42,423 nucleotides of DNA from Candidatus Saccharimonadales bacterium (GTDB lineage: Bacteria > Patescibacteriota > Saccharimonadia > Saccharimonadales > JBBQKK01), in the NCBI GenBank assembly GCA_038326785.1, contig JBBQKK010000002.1, forward strand, positions 1-42,423, given 5' to 3'. Both the position numbers and the translations under genes were made by a program. Every line of letters starts with the position of its first letter. Within the stretch, counting starts at the first letter, position 1. This document shows, one piece after another, positions 15,751 to 25,200 of this stretch. The notes beneath the pieces are model-generated. The model did not search any database and had not been told where the DNA came from. It saw only the letters and a list, made by a program, of their open reading frames with translations.

Positions 15751-16422
15751 ATGTGGCAAACAATCGAAAACAAGTTATATAAAAAGTTTACCTTCAAAGA
15801 TTTCAATGAAGCGATGGCGTTTATGAATCGAGTTGCTGAAATTGCCGAGCGGCGAAATCACCACCCGACCATGAAAAACACCTGGAACACTGTAGAATTC
15901 TGGCTCAGTACTCATGATGCAGGCGACACTGTGACAGACAAGGATCAAGAGCTTGCGAAGCAAATCGATGAATTAATCGAGCCAGTGGCCAAGCAGGCAA
16001 CTGCGGTTCAGACAACTGGCATTAAGCTGTATGGTGACGGCGGCTCGAGAGGCAATCCGGGGCCTTCTGCATCCGGGTTTGTGCTGCTGGATAAAGACGA
16101 CAACATTATATTCAAAAAAGGCGTATACCTAGGAATTACAACAAATAACCAGGCAGAGTACCTGTCCTTGAAGTTCGGCCTCGAAGAGGCGCGAAAAATG
16201 GGGGCAAGGGAAGTCGATGTGTTTATGGACAGTATGCTCGTCGTGAACCAGATGAAGGGCATATTCAAGGTAAAGAACCGCGACCTATGGCCAATTTATG
16301 AGTCAATCAAAGACATGTTGAGTGATTTCAAGAAGGTCACCTTCACTCACGTACCACGCGAACTGAACAAATTAGCGGATGCTGAAGTCAACTCTACTTT
16401 AGATGCAGAGCTAAAATCATAA
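15751..16422 (+). CDS. Fusion protein: pterin-4a-carbinolamine dehydratase (PCD/DCoH) domain plus RNase HI domain
   Basis: The N-terminal ~95 aa carry FKDFNEAMAFMNRVAEIAERRNHHP..TH (PCD signature). The C-terminal ~130 aa carry DGGSRGNPGPSASG, NNQAEY, DSMLVVNQ and the LADAEVN acidic residues of type 1 RNase H. Confidence 0.8.
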   Translation: MWQTIENKLYKKFTFKDFNEAMAFMNRVAEIAERRNHHPTMKNTWNTVEFWLSTHDAGDTVTDKDQELAKQIDELIEPVAKQATAVQTTGIKLYGDGGSRGNPGPSASGFVLLDKDDNIIFKKGVYLGITTNNQAEYLSLKFGLEEARKMGAREVDVFMDSMLVVNQMKGIFKVKNRDLWPIYESIKDMLSDFKKVTFTHVPRELNKLADAEVNSTLDAELKS

Positions 16423-16452
16423 TTTCTATATCGTTAATGGTATAATTATGTA

Positions 16453-16990
16453 GCCAGATTATCGGCTAATCGCTTGCCCCTCTTGGCGAACGAATAAGGT
16501 GGCGCACACAGAGTGCAGACTCGTGGCCGCTAAGTATCGCTAATCAAGAGGGGTAAGAGGAAAGTCCGGGCAGCGTAGGGAAAGACAGTCGCTAACGGCG
16601 ACCGGGGGCAACCCTAGGGAAAGTGCCACAGAAACAAAACCGCCCTCGCTCTTCACAGGCGAAGAGCATTTAACATTTTTCAGTTAACATTTAACAGTTG
16701 CGGCAGCAATTTCCATAAATGTAAATTGCTAAATGATACATGAAAATTGCTCATCGCTTGCGATGAGCGGGGGTAAGGGTGAAAAGAGTAGGGTAAGAGC
16801 CTACAGTCCCCTATGGTGACATCGGGGAGTGGTAAACCCTGTCTGCTGCAAGGAGATGGACTCCCGTCGGTTAATTCCGGCTGGTTTCCCGCCAGAGTTC
16901 ATCATCAAGAACCCGCTTGAGCCATCGAGCAATTGGTGGACTAGATAGATGATTAGCTAGAACAGAACCCGGCTTACGGATAATCTGGCG
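16453..16990 (+). ncRNA. rnpB: RNase P RNA, bacterial type A, unusually long (~540 nt)
   Basis: Conserved blocks GAGGAAAGTCCGGGC (P4 5'), ACAGAAACAAAACCGCC, GGGTAAGGGTGAAAAGAGTAGGGTAAGAGCCTAC, GGTAAACCC and ACAGAACCCGGCTTA. P1 pairs CCAGATTATC with GATAATCTGG. TGgTATAAT lies just upstream and a terminator is at 16998-17029. Confidence 0.92.
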
Positions 16991-16997
16991 CATGCAC

Positions 16998-17029
16998 GAA
17001 CACCGCTTTAAGGGCGGTGTTCTGCTTTA
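16998..17029 (+). terminator. rnpB terminator
   Basis: GAACACCGC-TTTAAG-GCGGTGTTC followed by TGCTTTAT. Confidence 0.6.
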
Positions 17030-17135
17030 TGAGAAAACCGAGATAGGTTTTCTCATCGCGCGGTGAAATCAAAGATTTCGCCGGCTGCTCTTTCCTGGGT
17101 AAAGACAAAAATATCTCGGAGTAAATCCGAAATAT
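17028..17135. repeat. Copy 1 of a ~105-nt structured repeat (three hairpins), downstream of rplT
   Basis: About 90 percent identical over 17028-17097 to 18400-18469. The hairpins are ATGAGAAAACC/GGTTTTCTCAT, CGGTGAAATC-AAA-GATTTCGCCG and TCGGA-GTAAA-TCCGA. Confidence 0.7.
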
Positions 17136-17148
17136 TTTTAATTTGATA

Positions 17149-17180
17149 AAAAAGACCTCCTGTGGGAGGTCTTTAAATAT
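17149..17180 (-). terminator. rplT terminator
   Basis: AAGACCTCCC-ACA-GGAGGTCTT followed by TTTTTT on the minus strand. Confidence 0.75.
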
Positions 17181-17195
17181 TCGCTTTCGGCAAGG

Positions 17196-17540
17196 TTACT
17201 TTTCGGAAGCTTTTACTACTGCGGTGAATGCAGCTGGTTCGTTAACGGCAAGTTCAGCTAGAATCTTGCGATCAAGCGTTATGTTCGTATTCTTTAGAGC
17301 TGCGATAAATCGACTGTAAGTAGTGCCGTTTAGGCGGGCAGCCGCATTGATGCGGGTGTTCCATAATTCACGGAATGTTCGCTTACGATTACGGCGATCA
17401 CGGTATGCATACTGTAATGCTTTAGTAATCGTCTGCTTACCGCGCTTAATGCTAGAGCGGTTACCGCGGGTCATACCCTTAGTAGCTTTTCGAATCTTCT
17501 GGTGTTTGGCGTGTGTAGTAACGCCTCTCTTAACGCGCAT
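17196..17540 (-). CDS. rplT: 50S ribosomal protein L20
   Basis: [22 protein letters not shown]...[11 protein letters not shown] is typical L20. Confidence 0.95.
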   Translation of the reverse strand: MRVKRGVTTHAKHQKIRKATKGMTRGNRSSIKRGKQTITKALQYAYRDRRNRKRTFRELWNTRINAAARLNGTTYSRFIAALKNTNITLDRKILAELAVNEPAAFTAVVKASEK

Positions 17541-17544
17541 TCTA

Positions 17545-17739
17545 TTAGACTCCTAGTCTCAACTTAATGTTCTTGGCTGATTTGCCGGTCATCTGATTAC
17601 CTACAGCAAAACGACGCTTACGAGCAGCGCTTTTCTTGCTGAGCAAGTGGTTAGCAAATGCGCGGCCAATCATAACCTTACCATTTTTGGTAATGCGTAC
17701 ACGATCTTTAGTTCCGCTATGCGTCTTTAGCTTGGGCAT
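17545..17739 (-). CDS. rpmI: 50S ribosomal protein L35
   Basis: [22 protein letters not shown] is typical L35. Confidence 0.95.
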   Translation of the reverse strand: MPKLKTHSGTKDRVRITKNGKVMIGRAFANHLLSKKSAARKRRFAVGNQMTGKSAKNIKLRLGV

Positions 17740-17740
17740 C

Positions 17741-18328
17741 TTATTCTCCTGCTTCTATTATTGGCTCTGGGGCTTTTTCTACTGGCTGTTGCTTCACAAG
17801 GCTATGTAAAACTTTTCCTGTCGACCCCGCCCGGACAACAAAACTGAGTTGTTTACCGGCCATTTGTGGGGTAGACTCGGCGATTGCGGTGCCACCGAAA
17901 CCTTCAATTACCTTTTCTGCTAGTTTGAACCCGAGCTCTTTATGAGCGAGTTCACGACCGCGATAGAATACCGTAATTTTAACTTTATGTCCAGCATTCA
18001 GGAAGCCGACAACTTTCTTTAGCTTTACGCCGAGGTCATGATCACTGATCTTTAGCCCGAAACGCATTTGCTTTACTTCTAGTGCTTTGGCGTTCTTTTT
18101 GCTCTTCTGTTGCTGCTTCGTCTTCTGGTAGTTGTATTTACCCCAGTCAACGATTTTTGCTACAGGCGGTTCAGCGTTAGGGGAGATTTCTACCAGATCA
18201 AGTCCGCGTTCTTCTGCTAGTTCGAGTGCCTCACGACGCGATAGGACTCCGAGCTGTTGCCCTTCTTCATCTACGACGCGTAATTGTTGGGCCCGAATTG
18301 CGCCATTTAGGCGGGTATAAGTGCTGAT
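17741..18328 (-). CDS. infC: Translation initiation factor IF-3, probable non-canonical ATC start
   Basis: The ORF track shows only the C-terminal 108 aa from an internal Met. The same frame stays open up to a stop at 18344-18346 and encodes ..NGAIRAQQLRVVDEEGQQLGVLSRREALELAEERGLDLVEISPNAEPPVAKIVDWGKYNYQ (IF3 N-domain). ATC at 18328-18326 lies 8 nt after GGAG. Confidence 0.85.
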   Translation of the reverse strand: MSTYTRLNGAIRAQQLRVVDEEGQQLGVLSRREALELAEERGLDLVEISPNAEPPVAKIVDWGKYNYQKTKQQQKSKKNAKALEVKQMRFGLKISDHDLGVKLKKVVGFLNAGHKVKITVFYRGRELAHKELGFKLAEKVIEGFGGTAIAESTPQMAGKQLSFVVRAGSTGKVLHSLVKQQPVEKAPEPIIEAGE

Positions 18329-18366
18329 ACTTTCATCTCCTACTTAATAACAAGCTGATTGGACTA

Positions 18367-18395
18367 ATAGTAACAGATAAGCTTACAGAGGTCAA
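18367..18395 (-). promoter_or_regulatory. infC operon promoter
   Basis: On the minus strand: TTGACC (18395-18390), a 17-nt spacer, then TACTAT (18372-18367). Confidence 0.6.
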
Positions 18396-18399
18396 CAGA

Positions 18400-18505
18400 T
18401 ATAAGGAAACCGAGATAGGTTTCCTTATCGCGCGGTGAAATCAAAGATTTCTCCGGCTGTTCCTTCCTGAAAAAAGTTAAAAATGTGCCGAAGTAAATTC
18501 GTCTC
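18400..18505. repeat. Copy 2 of the ~105-nt structured repeat, between the comM stop and the infC promoter
   Basis: The hairpins are ATAAGGAAACC/GGTTTCCTTAT, CGGTGAAATC-AAA-GATTTCTCCG and CGAA-GTAAA-TTCG. Stem changes relative to copy 1 are compensatory. Confidence 0.7.
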
Positions 18506-18577
18506 ATTTTTTGTATATAATTTCGGGCTTCGGTGTGCTGTAATGCATGGTCAGACTTTTGGGAGTGGCGAAATGTG

Positions 18578-20107
18578 TTAGAGAGTGGTGGGTGGGCGGC
18601 GATATTGTAGGGCTTCGGTTATATGGGGAATTTCAATCGTGTTCGAGTCGGCCAAATCTGCTATGGTGCGCGCCACCTTTATTGTCCGCATATATGCGCG
18701 AGCCGAAATACCAAGCTTTTCGGCCGCTTGATTGAGTATTTCCTGAGCGGCGGATGATAGCAGGGCGCCTTGTTTGATGTCTTGGTTTGTCAGATTAGCA
18801 TTAGTTTTGTGCTGACCCTTGAAGCGGCTCAGCTGTTTGCGGTGGGCTGCAGCTACTCGATCTGCTATCTTTATGCTCGCCTCTTCTTGATGCGTATTAA
18901 GGAGGGAAGCATGCGCGACTTCGTCGACTTCTACGTGTATGTCTATGCGGTCAAGTATAGGGCCTGATAACTTTCGCTGGTAATTAACTATTTGCTGCGG
19001 CAGACAGCTGCAGGGTTTGCTGGTTCCATAGAAGCCACAGGGGCAGGGGTTGCAAGTCGCAATCAACATGAAGTTGGCCGGGAAGGTAACACTGTCTTTT
19101 GCTCGTGCCACGGTTATTACTTTATCCTCGAGCGGCTGGCGCAGCGCCTCCAGAGTAGACCTACTATATTCAGGCAGTTCATCAAAGAACAGGACACCGC
19201 GGTGGCTGAGGCTGATCTCGCCTGGCCGTGGGTTTGCCCCACCTCCTAATATCGAGGTCCCACTGGCCGAATGGTGTGGGGCCCGAAATGGCCGAGCGCG
19301 TACTATCTGATCATATTGACGGCTAGCTAAACTATGCAGCTGGGTTATTTCAAGAGTTTCTTCGCGGCCTAATGGCGGCAGTATTGAAGGGGTCGCTTTA
19401 GCGAGCATGCTTTTGCCGGTGCCAGGAGGGCCGCTCAATAAAATGTTATGGCCTCCTGCTGCGGCGATCTCTATCGCCCGTTTAGCACGCCCCTGGCCAA
19501 TAATGTGCATGAAGTCTGGTCCCGTAGGCTTCTGGCTGGATTCCTCGAAATCCCCAGAGACTGCGTGGGGAAGGATGGCAGTGCCAGTTGCGTGCATATA
19601 CAATTCTCGCAAATTTTGAATAGGAAGCAGTCGAATATTGGGCACTAGCTTTGCCTGAGCCAAATTGCCCAGTGGAATGTAAAAAGTCGTAACTCCACTA
19701 TTGCGGGCCGCCAGCAACTTACCAATTATGCCGCGGACTGGTCGGACGGCACCGTCTAGTCCTAATTCTCCAATTAGCACCGCGTCCGCAATACTGGCAG
19801 CCGGCACCTGCTTGCTGGCGGCCAGTATTGCTGCGGACATAGCAAGGTCGAAGCTGGTACCGTCTTTTGGCAAATCAGCAGGCGCAAGATTAATGGTAAT
19901 GCGTTTGCGCGGCAGCTCAATGTTGGAGCTAGCAAAGGCACTGCGCAATCGTTCCTTGGCTTCGTCCACCGCCTTATTAGCAAAACCCACGATTATGATA
20001 TTGGGTAAGCCATTGGAAATATGACACTCAACATCAATGACGACGCCGCCCGTGCCGGCATCAGTAACGCTTCGTACTTTCATGCTCATCCCGTAATTGT
20101 ATGCCAA
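18578..20107 (-). CDS. comM: Mg-chelatase-like AAA+ protein ComM/YifB
   Basis: N-terminal Lon-protease-like domain, then LLSGPPGTGKSML (Walker A), VLFFDELPE (Walker B) and the CPCG zinc-like motif. The exact start Met is uncertain (20107, 20089 or 20083). Confidence 0.9.
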   Translation of the reverse strand: MAYNYGMSMKVRSVTDAGTGGVVIDVECHISNGLPNIIIVGFANKAVDEAKERLRSAFASSNIELPRKRITINLAPADLPKDGTSFDLAMSAAILAASKQVPAASIADAVLIGELGLDGAVRPVRGIIGKLLAARNSGVTTFYIPLGNLAQAKLVPNIRLLPIQNLRELYMHATGTAILPHAVSGDFEESSQKPTGPDFMHIIGQGRAKRAIEIAAAGGHNILLSGPPGTGKSMLAKATPSILPPLGREETLEITQLHSLASRQYDQIVRARPFRAPHHSASGTSILGGGANPRPGEISLSHRGVLFFDELPEYSRSTLEALRQPLEDKVITVARAKDSVTFPANFMLIATCNPCPCGFYGTSKPCSCLPQQIVNYQRKLSGPILDRIDIHVEVDEVAHASLLNTHQEEASIKIADRVAAAHRKQLSRFKGQHKTNANLTNQDIKQGALLSSAAQEILNQAAEKLGISARAYMRTIKVARTIADLADSNTIEIPHITEALQYRRPPTTL

Positions 20108-20134
20108 TTAAAGCACTGCAAAATGAAATATAAA

Positions 20135-20165
20135 TGAAAAAACAGCCCCGGATCGGAGCTGTTTA
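20135..20165 (-). terminator. Minus-strand terminator just upstream of comM
   Basis: ACAGCTCC-GATC-CGGGGCTGT followed by TTTTTT on the minus strand. Confidence 0.6.
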
Positions 20166-21203
20166 CTTGTTTATAAGTTGTTTGTTTCGTTTTATTTGTA
20201 AGGTGTTATTGGTGTTGTTCTTATGGAACAACGGCTTGCGAGAAGCCGTTGTTGTATCTGTCGTTTTTTGTTTTTGAGCACTTTTTTTATTCAAGTGCTA
20301 CCCATATATTAGTAAGCCATGAATAACCTGTCAACATGATTGTGGTTAAAAAGGGAAGGAGATATAACGACCCTGTGCATAACTATTGGTCGCTTCACCT
20401 GTAACTGGGCTTCGCTTCCTGTGGATTAGTTGCGGGTAACTCAAAAAAAATACATAACATGTGCGGGAACCTGCATACACATTTTGGGGTAGCAGCTACA
20501 AGCACGTACCTTGCATACCTAAATTGAAAAATGAAAAGTTACTATGCCAACATGTAAAAATTATTGGTTGAATAGAGTCAGGTAGGGGAGCGGTAGATTA
20601 GTATGCCTATTTTTGTTTGCGGATTTACCAGTACATTTAATAGTCACACGCATGCCTTCAGACTGCTGCGGGCTTAATGGTAAAAATTGCTGGCCAGTAT
20701 GCATGTATAAGGCCGCGATATTTAATATGGATTTGTGCCTAGTGTTAACGTAAAGCTGGCTAAGGCCTAGTTCGAGCTGCATTCATAAGGTCCTGGACTG
20801 TGTGGGCTGATCGTATGTAATTTGTTTATAGCTATGGCATATAAAGCGACCTAGTTGCATATAGGTTGCGTTTGAAGTCCAGCAAAGGCTTGCTGGACTT
20901 CATGGCATCGGAAAGTCTGATGGCCAAACGGTAAGTATGCTGGAGCCGTAAAATATGCTGTAAATTGTCAAACTTATGTGGAATGAATCGATAGAGTTTT
21001 CTACGTAAACTACTTAGTATTAAAGACGCGTAACTGAACACGTTTTAACAAATAAAACACACTATTTACAAGCAACTAATTGTATTCATTAAGTAAAATT
21101 GCATATTGTCTGTTGTAATTATAACTATAATAATATTGTTCAAATTTAACTATGCACGTAGGTGCTAACAGATAGCTGTTGTATATAAAGCATCAGGCAT
21201 GTA

Positions 21204-21232
21204 TTGACAAAACTGTATTCCTGTAGTAGTAT
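21204..21232 (+). promoter_or_regulatory. Near-consensus sigma-70 promoter
   Basis: TTGACA (21204-21209), a 17-nt spacer, then TAGTAT (21227-21232). Confidence 0.6.
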
Positions 21233-21436
21233 TTGGGGTGTAAGAACAAAACAAAAACTTACAAACCTACGGTTAAATTCCGATAACGCTCTCGCATGAG
21301 AGCGGTCAGTCAAAAAGCCACAGACGGCAAGCGCTAAATAGTAATTTTTCTAGAGCGGATTTGTCGTCTCGGCTCCACGCATATTAACGCTGCACTATCG
21401 TGTTTGATAGTGCAGCTATTCATTTATAATTAGATT

Positions 21437-21799
21437 ATGACAAGCCAAAAAAGAAAAATTCCTGTAGCAGGATTGGTGATTGCGCTCTACGCTGCGTTGC
21501 CATTATTCCTAGCATCTACAAACCCCCAGCATTTACCACTGCCACTACTCCTGGTGCCATTCTTGCTGCTGTTTATCGCGTTATTTGTCACTGCTTTTTG
21601 GATAGGGGGGCATAGTAGGTTCCTTAAAGGACTTACTTTGCGCAAAAAGATCGCTATAGCCGGTTTTATTGCGCTTGTACCAATGATGCTGGCAGTATTT
21701 CAGTCGCTCCACCAGTTAACTGCACGTGATTTATTGATTGCGATAGCACTAATAGTAGGTGTAATTTTTTATATTAGCCGAGCCGATTTTTTGCGGTGA
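21437..21799 (+). CDS. Small integral membrane protein (4 TM)
   Basis: 120 aa and strongly hydrophobic. TATAAT lies 6 nt upstream of the ATG and there is no SD. Confidence 0.65.
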   Translation: MTSQKRKIPVAGLVIALYAALPLFLASTNPQHLPLPLLLVPFLLLFIALFVTAFWIGGHSRFLKGLTLRKKIAIAGFIALVPMMLAVFQSLHQLTARDLLIAIALIVGVIFYISRADFLR

Positions 21800-21842
21800 T
21801 TATCTCTGTTTAAACAGGGAAAATTTTGCTACACTGTAGCTA

Positions 21843-22253
21843 ATGAATCAGCCAGCTAATAATTCTCCAGAGATTAGTTTGCCTGCGCCACAAGCGGAAG
21901 GTCTGCCACAGCCTGTAGAGGTTGCTCGTGTAAACAATGGGATAGAACAGGATAGCGCCCGTGCGTTGGAGCAAGGTCACCCCGGTGATAATCCCGCTGT
22001 AGTAGTGCCTGGTCAAGCGCCAGTTGGACTGCCTAGTGTAGCCCCTCCTATGCCTGGAGTAGCACAGGCGGTTAGTACATCGAGCCCTCATATTGCCGAT
22101 GACGCTGATTTGATCGAGAAGGAGTGGGTGGAGAAGGCGAAAATGATTGTACATGTGACGAAAGACGATCCGTACAAGCAGACAAAAGAAATGACCCGCA
22201 TGAAAGCGGATTACCTAAAAAAACGTTATAACAAGGACCTCAAGCTAGGCTGA
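21843..22253 (+). CDS. Hypothetical protein: Pro-rich N-terminal half and charged helical C-terminal half
   Basis: A 136-aa ORF. TGcTACACT lies 7 nt upstream of the ATG. No family recognised. Confidence 0.55.
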   Translation: MNQPANNSPEISLPAPQAEGLPQPVEVARVNNGIEQDSARALEQGHPGDNPAVVVPGQAPVGLPSVAPPMPGVAQAVSTSSPHIADDADLIEKEWVEKAKMIVHVTKDDPYKQTKEMTRMKADYLKKRYNKDLKLG

Positions 22254-22272
22254 GAATAGAACTACCTCAAAA

Positions 22273-25200
22273 ATGGACACACTTATTACACTTCTCATGA
22301 TTTTCTTCCTCGTCTTACTGGGCCTTGCCCCAGTGGTTTTCTGGCAAGTTCGCAAAATCTTTAGAGAACAGAAGAATTATGAGCGCGGCCTGAAGATGGT
22401 ACCGCTTCTTATACATCTACCTCCGCAAAGTGATGACGCTGAGGGTGGTGGCAGGGATGTACGCGATGTGGTTGATGAAAACATCAGCAAAGCGCAAATT
22501 CTGTATAACATCATCGCTGGTCAGTTCAAAAAAGGCTTTAAGAACAAGTTTTACGGCCAGCCACATTTTGCATTTGAAATCGTTGGCACAAATGGAATCG
22601 TCCAGTTCTATGCAGCCGTACCGATGTCACTAGTAGAAGTTGTTAAGCAGGCAGTCGTTAGTGCATACCCGACCGCACGAATGGAAGAAGTAGCTGAACA
22701 CAATATTTTTAGCCCAGTAGGTAAAATTAGTGGCACGATTGGTGGTGAGCTAACTCTGAAGGAAAATTTTGCGTTTCCAATTGCAACCTATCAGGACCTG
22801 AAGCGCGACGCCATGCAGTCATTACTCAATGCGCTATCAACGCTAGAAAAAGAAGATGGCGTCGGAATTCAGATTCTTATGCGTCCCGCAGGTTCGGATT
22901 GGCGCAAAGAAGCTACCGGTGTAGCGAGTAAGAAGCGAAAAGGCAAGGATAAGAGCAGGGGAGCGACCGGACTTCTGAAGGACTTTATTGTTGCATTTAA
23001 CAAACCACCAGATGATAAGGGCGGGTCAGGTGATAAGCATGAACTCTCGAGCATAGATCAGGCGATTGTGGACGCAATCGATGATAAAACTCGTTACCCT
23101 GGCTTCGAAACCATGGTACGGGTCGTAGCATCGTCAAACATCTCCCAGCGGTCACAGGCAATACTCAGTAATGTAGTTGCAACTTTTGCGCTATTTGATT
23201 CTCCGGGCAAAAACGGCTTTAAATACACACCCGCTAAAGACATGGAACGATTCGTGACCTCTTACATTCTGCGCTTTTTCCCTCAAGAAAATAATCGAAA
23301 CATATTGAATTCCGTCGAACTATCGACGCTGTTTCACTTTCCAGACCAAAAGAATATTCCTACCTCGCAGCTATCGCGCCAGGCATCCAAGCAAGTTGAT
23401 GGCCCGCGAAACATCCCTGATGAGGGTATGTTGCTGGGATACAACATATTTAGAGGCGTAAAGAAGCCAATACGCTTGGCTCTAGAGGACCGCAGGCGGC
23501 ATATGTATGTTGTGGGACAAACTGGTGTAGGTAAATCTACCTTCTTGGAAAACTTAGCGCTTCAGGACATGCTGGACGGCAATGGTTTTGCGTTTGTTGA
23601 TCCGCACGGTGACACGGCGGAGAAACTGCTGTCGATGGTGCCAAAGGAGCGCGTGGAGGACGTTATTTACTTCTCTCCGGGCGATATGGACTATCCGATG
23701 GGGCTGAACTTATTTGAGTTTAATTTGCCTGAGCAAAAAGACTTCTTGATTCAGGAAGCGATTAACATGCTGTACAAACTGTACGATCCCCAGCGCCAGG
23801 GAATTATTGGTCCGCGCTACGAGCACTGGTTCCGTAATGCCGCGCTAACAGTTATGGCTGGCCCCGAGGGTGGAACATTTATTGATATTCCAAAGGTATT
23901 TACGGACAGTAAATACGCGAAGCAAAAACTGCAGTATGTGACTGATCAGACCGTCTTGGATTTCTGGAATAAAGAAATGGCTGCAACGAGCGATTACCAT
24001 AAGAGTGAAGTGCTTGGCTGGTTCGTGAGTAAATTCGGTGCGTTTTTGAGCAATGAAATGATGCGCAATATCATCGGTCAGACCAAGAGTTCGTTCGATC
24101 TGCGCGAAATTATGGATAATAAAAAGATCCTTATTGTGAACCTCAGTAAGGGTAGGACAGGGGAGTTAAACTCTAAGTTGCTTGGTATGATCTTTGTGAT
24201 GAAGTTCCAGGCGGCAGCGATGTCACGCGCGAATATACCCGAGGAACAGCGACCTGACTTCTCGCTATATGTCGACGAGTTCCAGAACTTCTCCACCGAA
24301 AGTTTTGCGACCATCATGTCAGAAGCTCGAAAGTATCGTCTAAATCTTATCGTCGCCAACCAGTTTACTACGCAGTTAACAGATGAGATTCGTGACGCAG
24401 TATTCGGTAACATGGGTACAATCGTGTCGTACCGCGTAGGACAGAATGATGTTGAATCACTGTCGCGTTACTTCCAGCCAACGTTCGAAGGAGAAGATCT
24501 GCTGCGAGTGCCTAACTACAATGCTATTGTAAGGACTCTTATTAGCGGAGTCCCGACGCAGCCGTTTAGTATGGCCGGGTTGCCGCCTCTGGGAAATCCG
24601 AACGCGCAGTTGGGTAACGCGCTCAAACAGCTCTCGGCCGCAAAGTACGGCCGAGCTAAAGCTGGGGTGGAGAAAGAAATCTTCGCAAGACTAGCTACCA
24701 TTGAAGAACCAAGGCCAGCTCCAAGACCTGCAGCGGGCGCTCCAAGTCCGTTTGCACCTCAAGCAGGTGCAAAGCCGACTGCAAGTCCATTTGGGCCACC
24801 AGTAGCACCTAAGATGCCTAGTAGCGGGTCATCATTCCTAGATGACTGGCTTGCCAAGCGAAAAGCACCTGCAGGTCCGCTTCCTCCAGGGGTACCGGCT
24901 GCACCCGCATACCCTAATCCAGCTGCCGCGCCACTAGCAGTGCCGCCCGCCGTACCGGTAGCTCCGAAATCACCATTGGCACCGCCAGTCGCACCCGTGG
25001 CTGCTCCTGTGCCTCCAGCTCCAGCAATACCTGCTGTACCGGTACCAACACCGGTAGCCGCTACTCCAGCGGTCTCGCCTGTACCAGCACCGCCTACAGT
25101 AGCAGCTGTTCCTGCAGCACCGTCGCTCGATACACCTATCTCATCTATGCAATTAACGCCGTTATCACCACCAGCGCCTCAGGAGGCGCCTGACGCAGCT

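Noticed and set aside
17085-17100. SRP-RNA-like string (minus strand CAGGAAAGAGCAGCC, and CAGGAAGGAACAGCC in the 18400-18505 copy)
   Set aside because: The GNRA-capped helix 8 context (GGUCC-GGAA-GGAAGCAGC with the matching 3' strand) is missing, and the sequence occurs twice as part of a repeat, which is inconsistent with a single-copy SRP RNA.
18547-20024. Plus-strand and alternative-frame ORFs overlapping comM (18547..18735, 18992..19249, 19050..19310, 19407..19648, 19701..20024 and 19774..19983)
   Set aside because: They are shadow ORFs of the well-supported 509-aa ComM/YifB gene on the minus strand.
20330-20430. Possible oriC: two DnaA-box-like 9-mers (TGTGGTTAA near 20340 and TGTGGATTA near 20420) in an AT-rich gene-free region
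   Set aside because: There are only two boxes, each with one mismatch. There is no cluster, no dnaA or dnaN nearby and no clear DNA-unwinding repeats. This is insufficient without GC-skew analysis of the whole genome.
20561-21041. Small minus-strand ORFs 20561..20782 and 20832..21041
   Set aside because: No SD, unusual composition, and one contains an 11-bp perfect hairpin. I keep them only as a possibility within the gene-free-region finding and do not call them genes.
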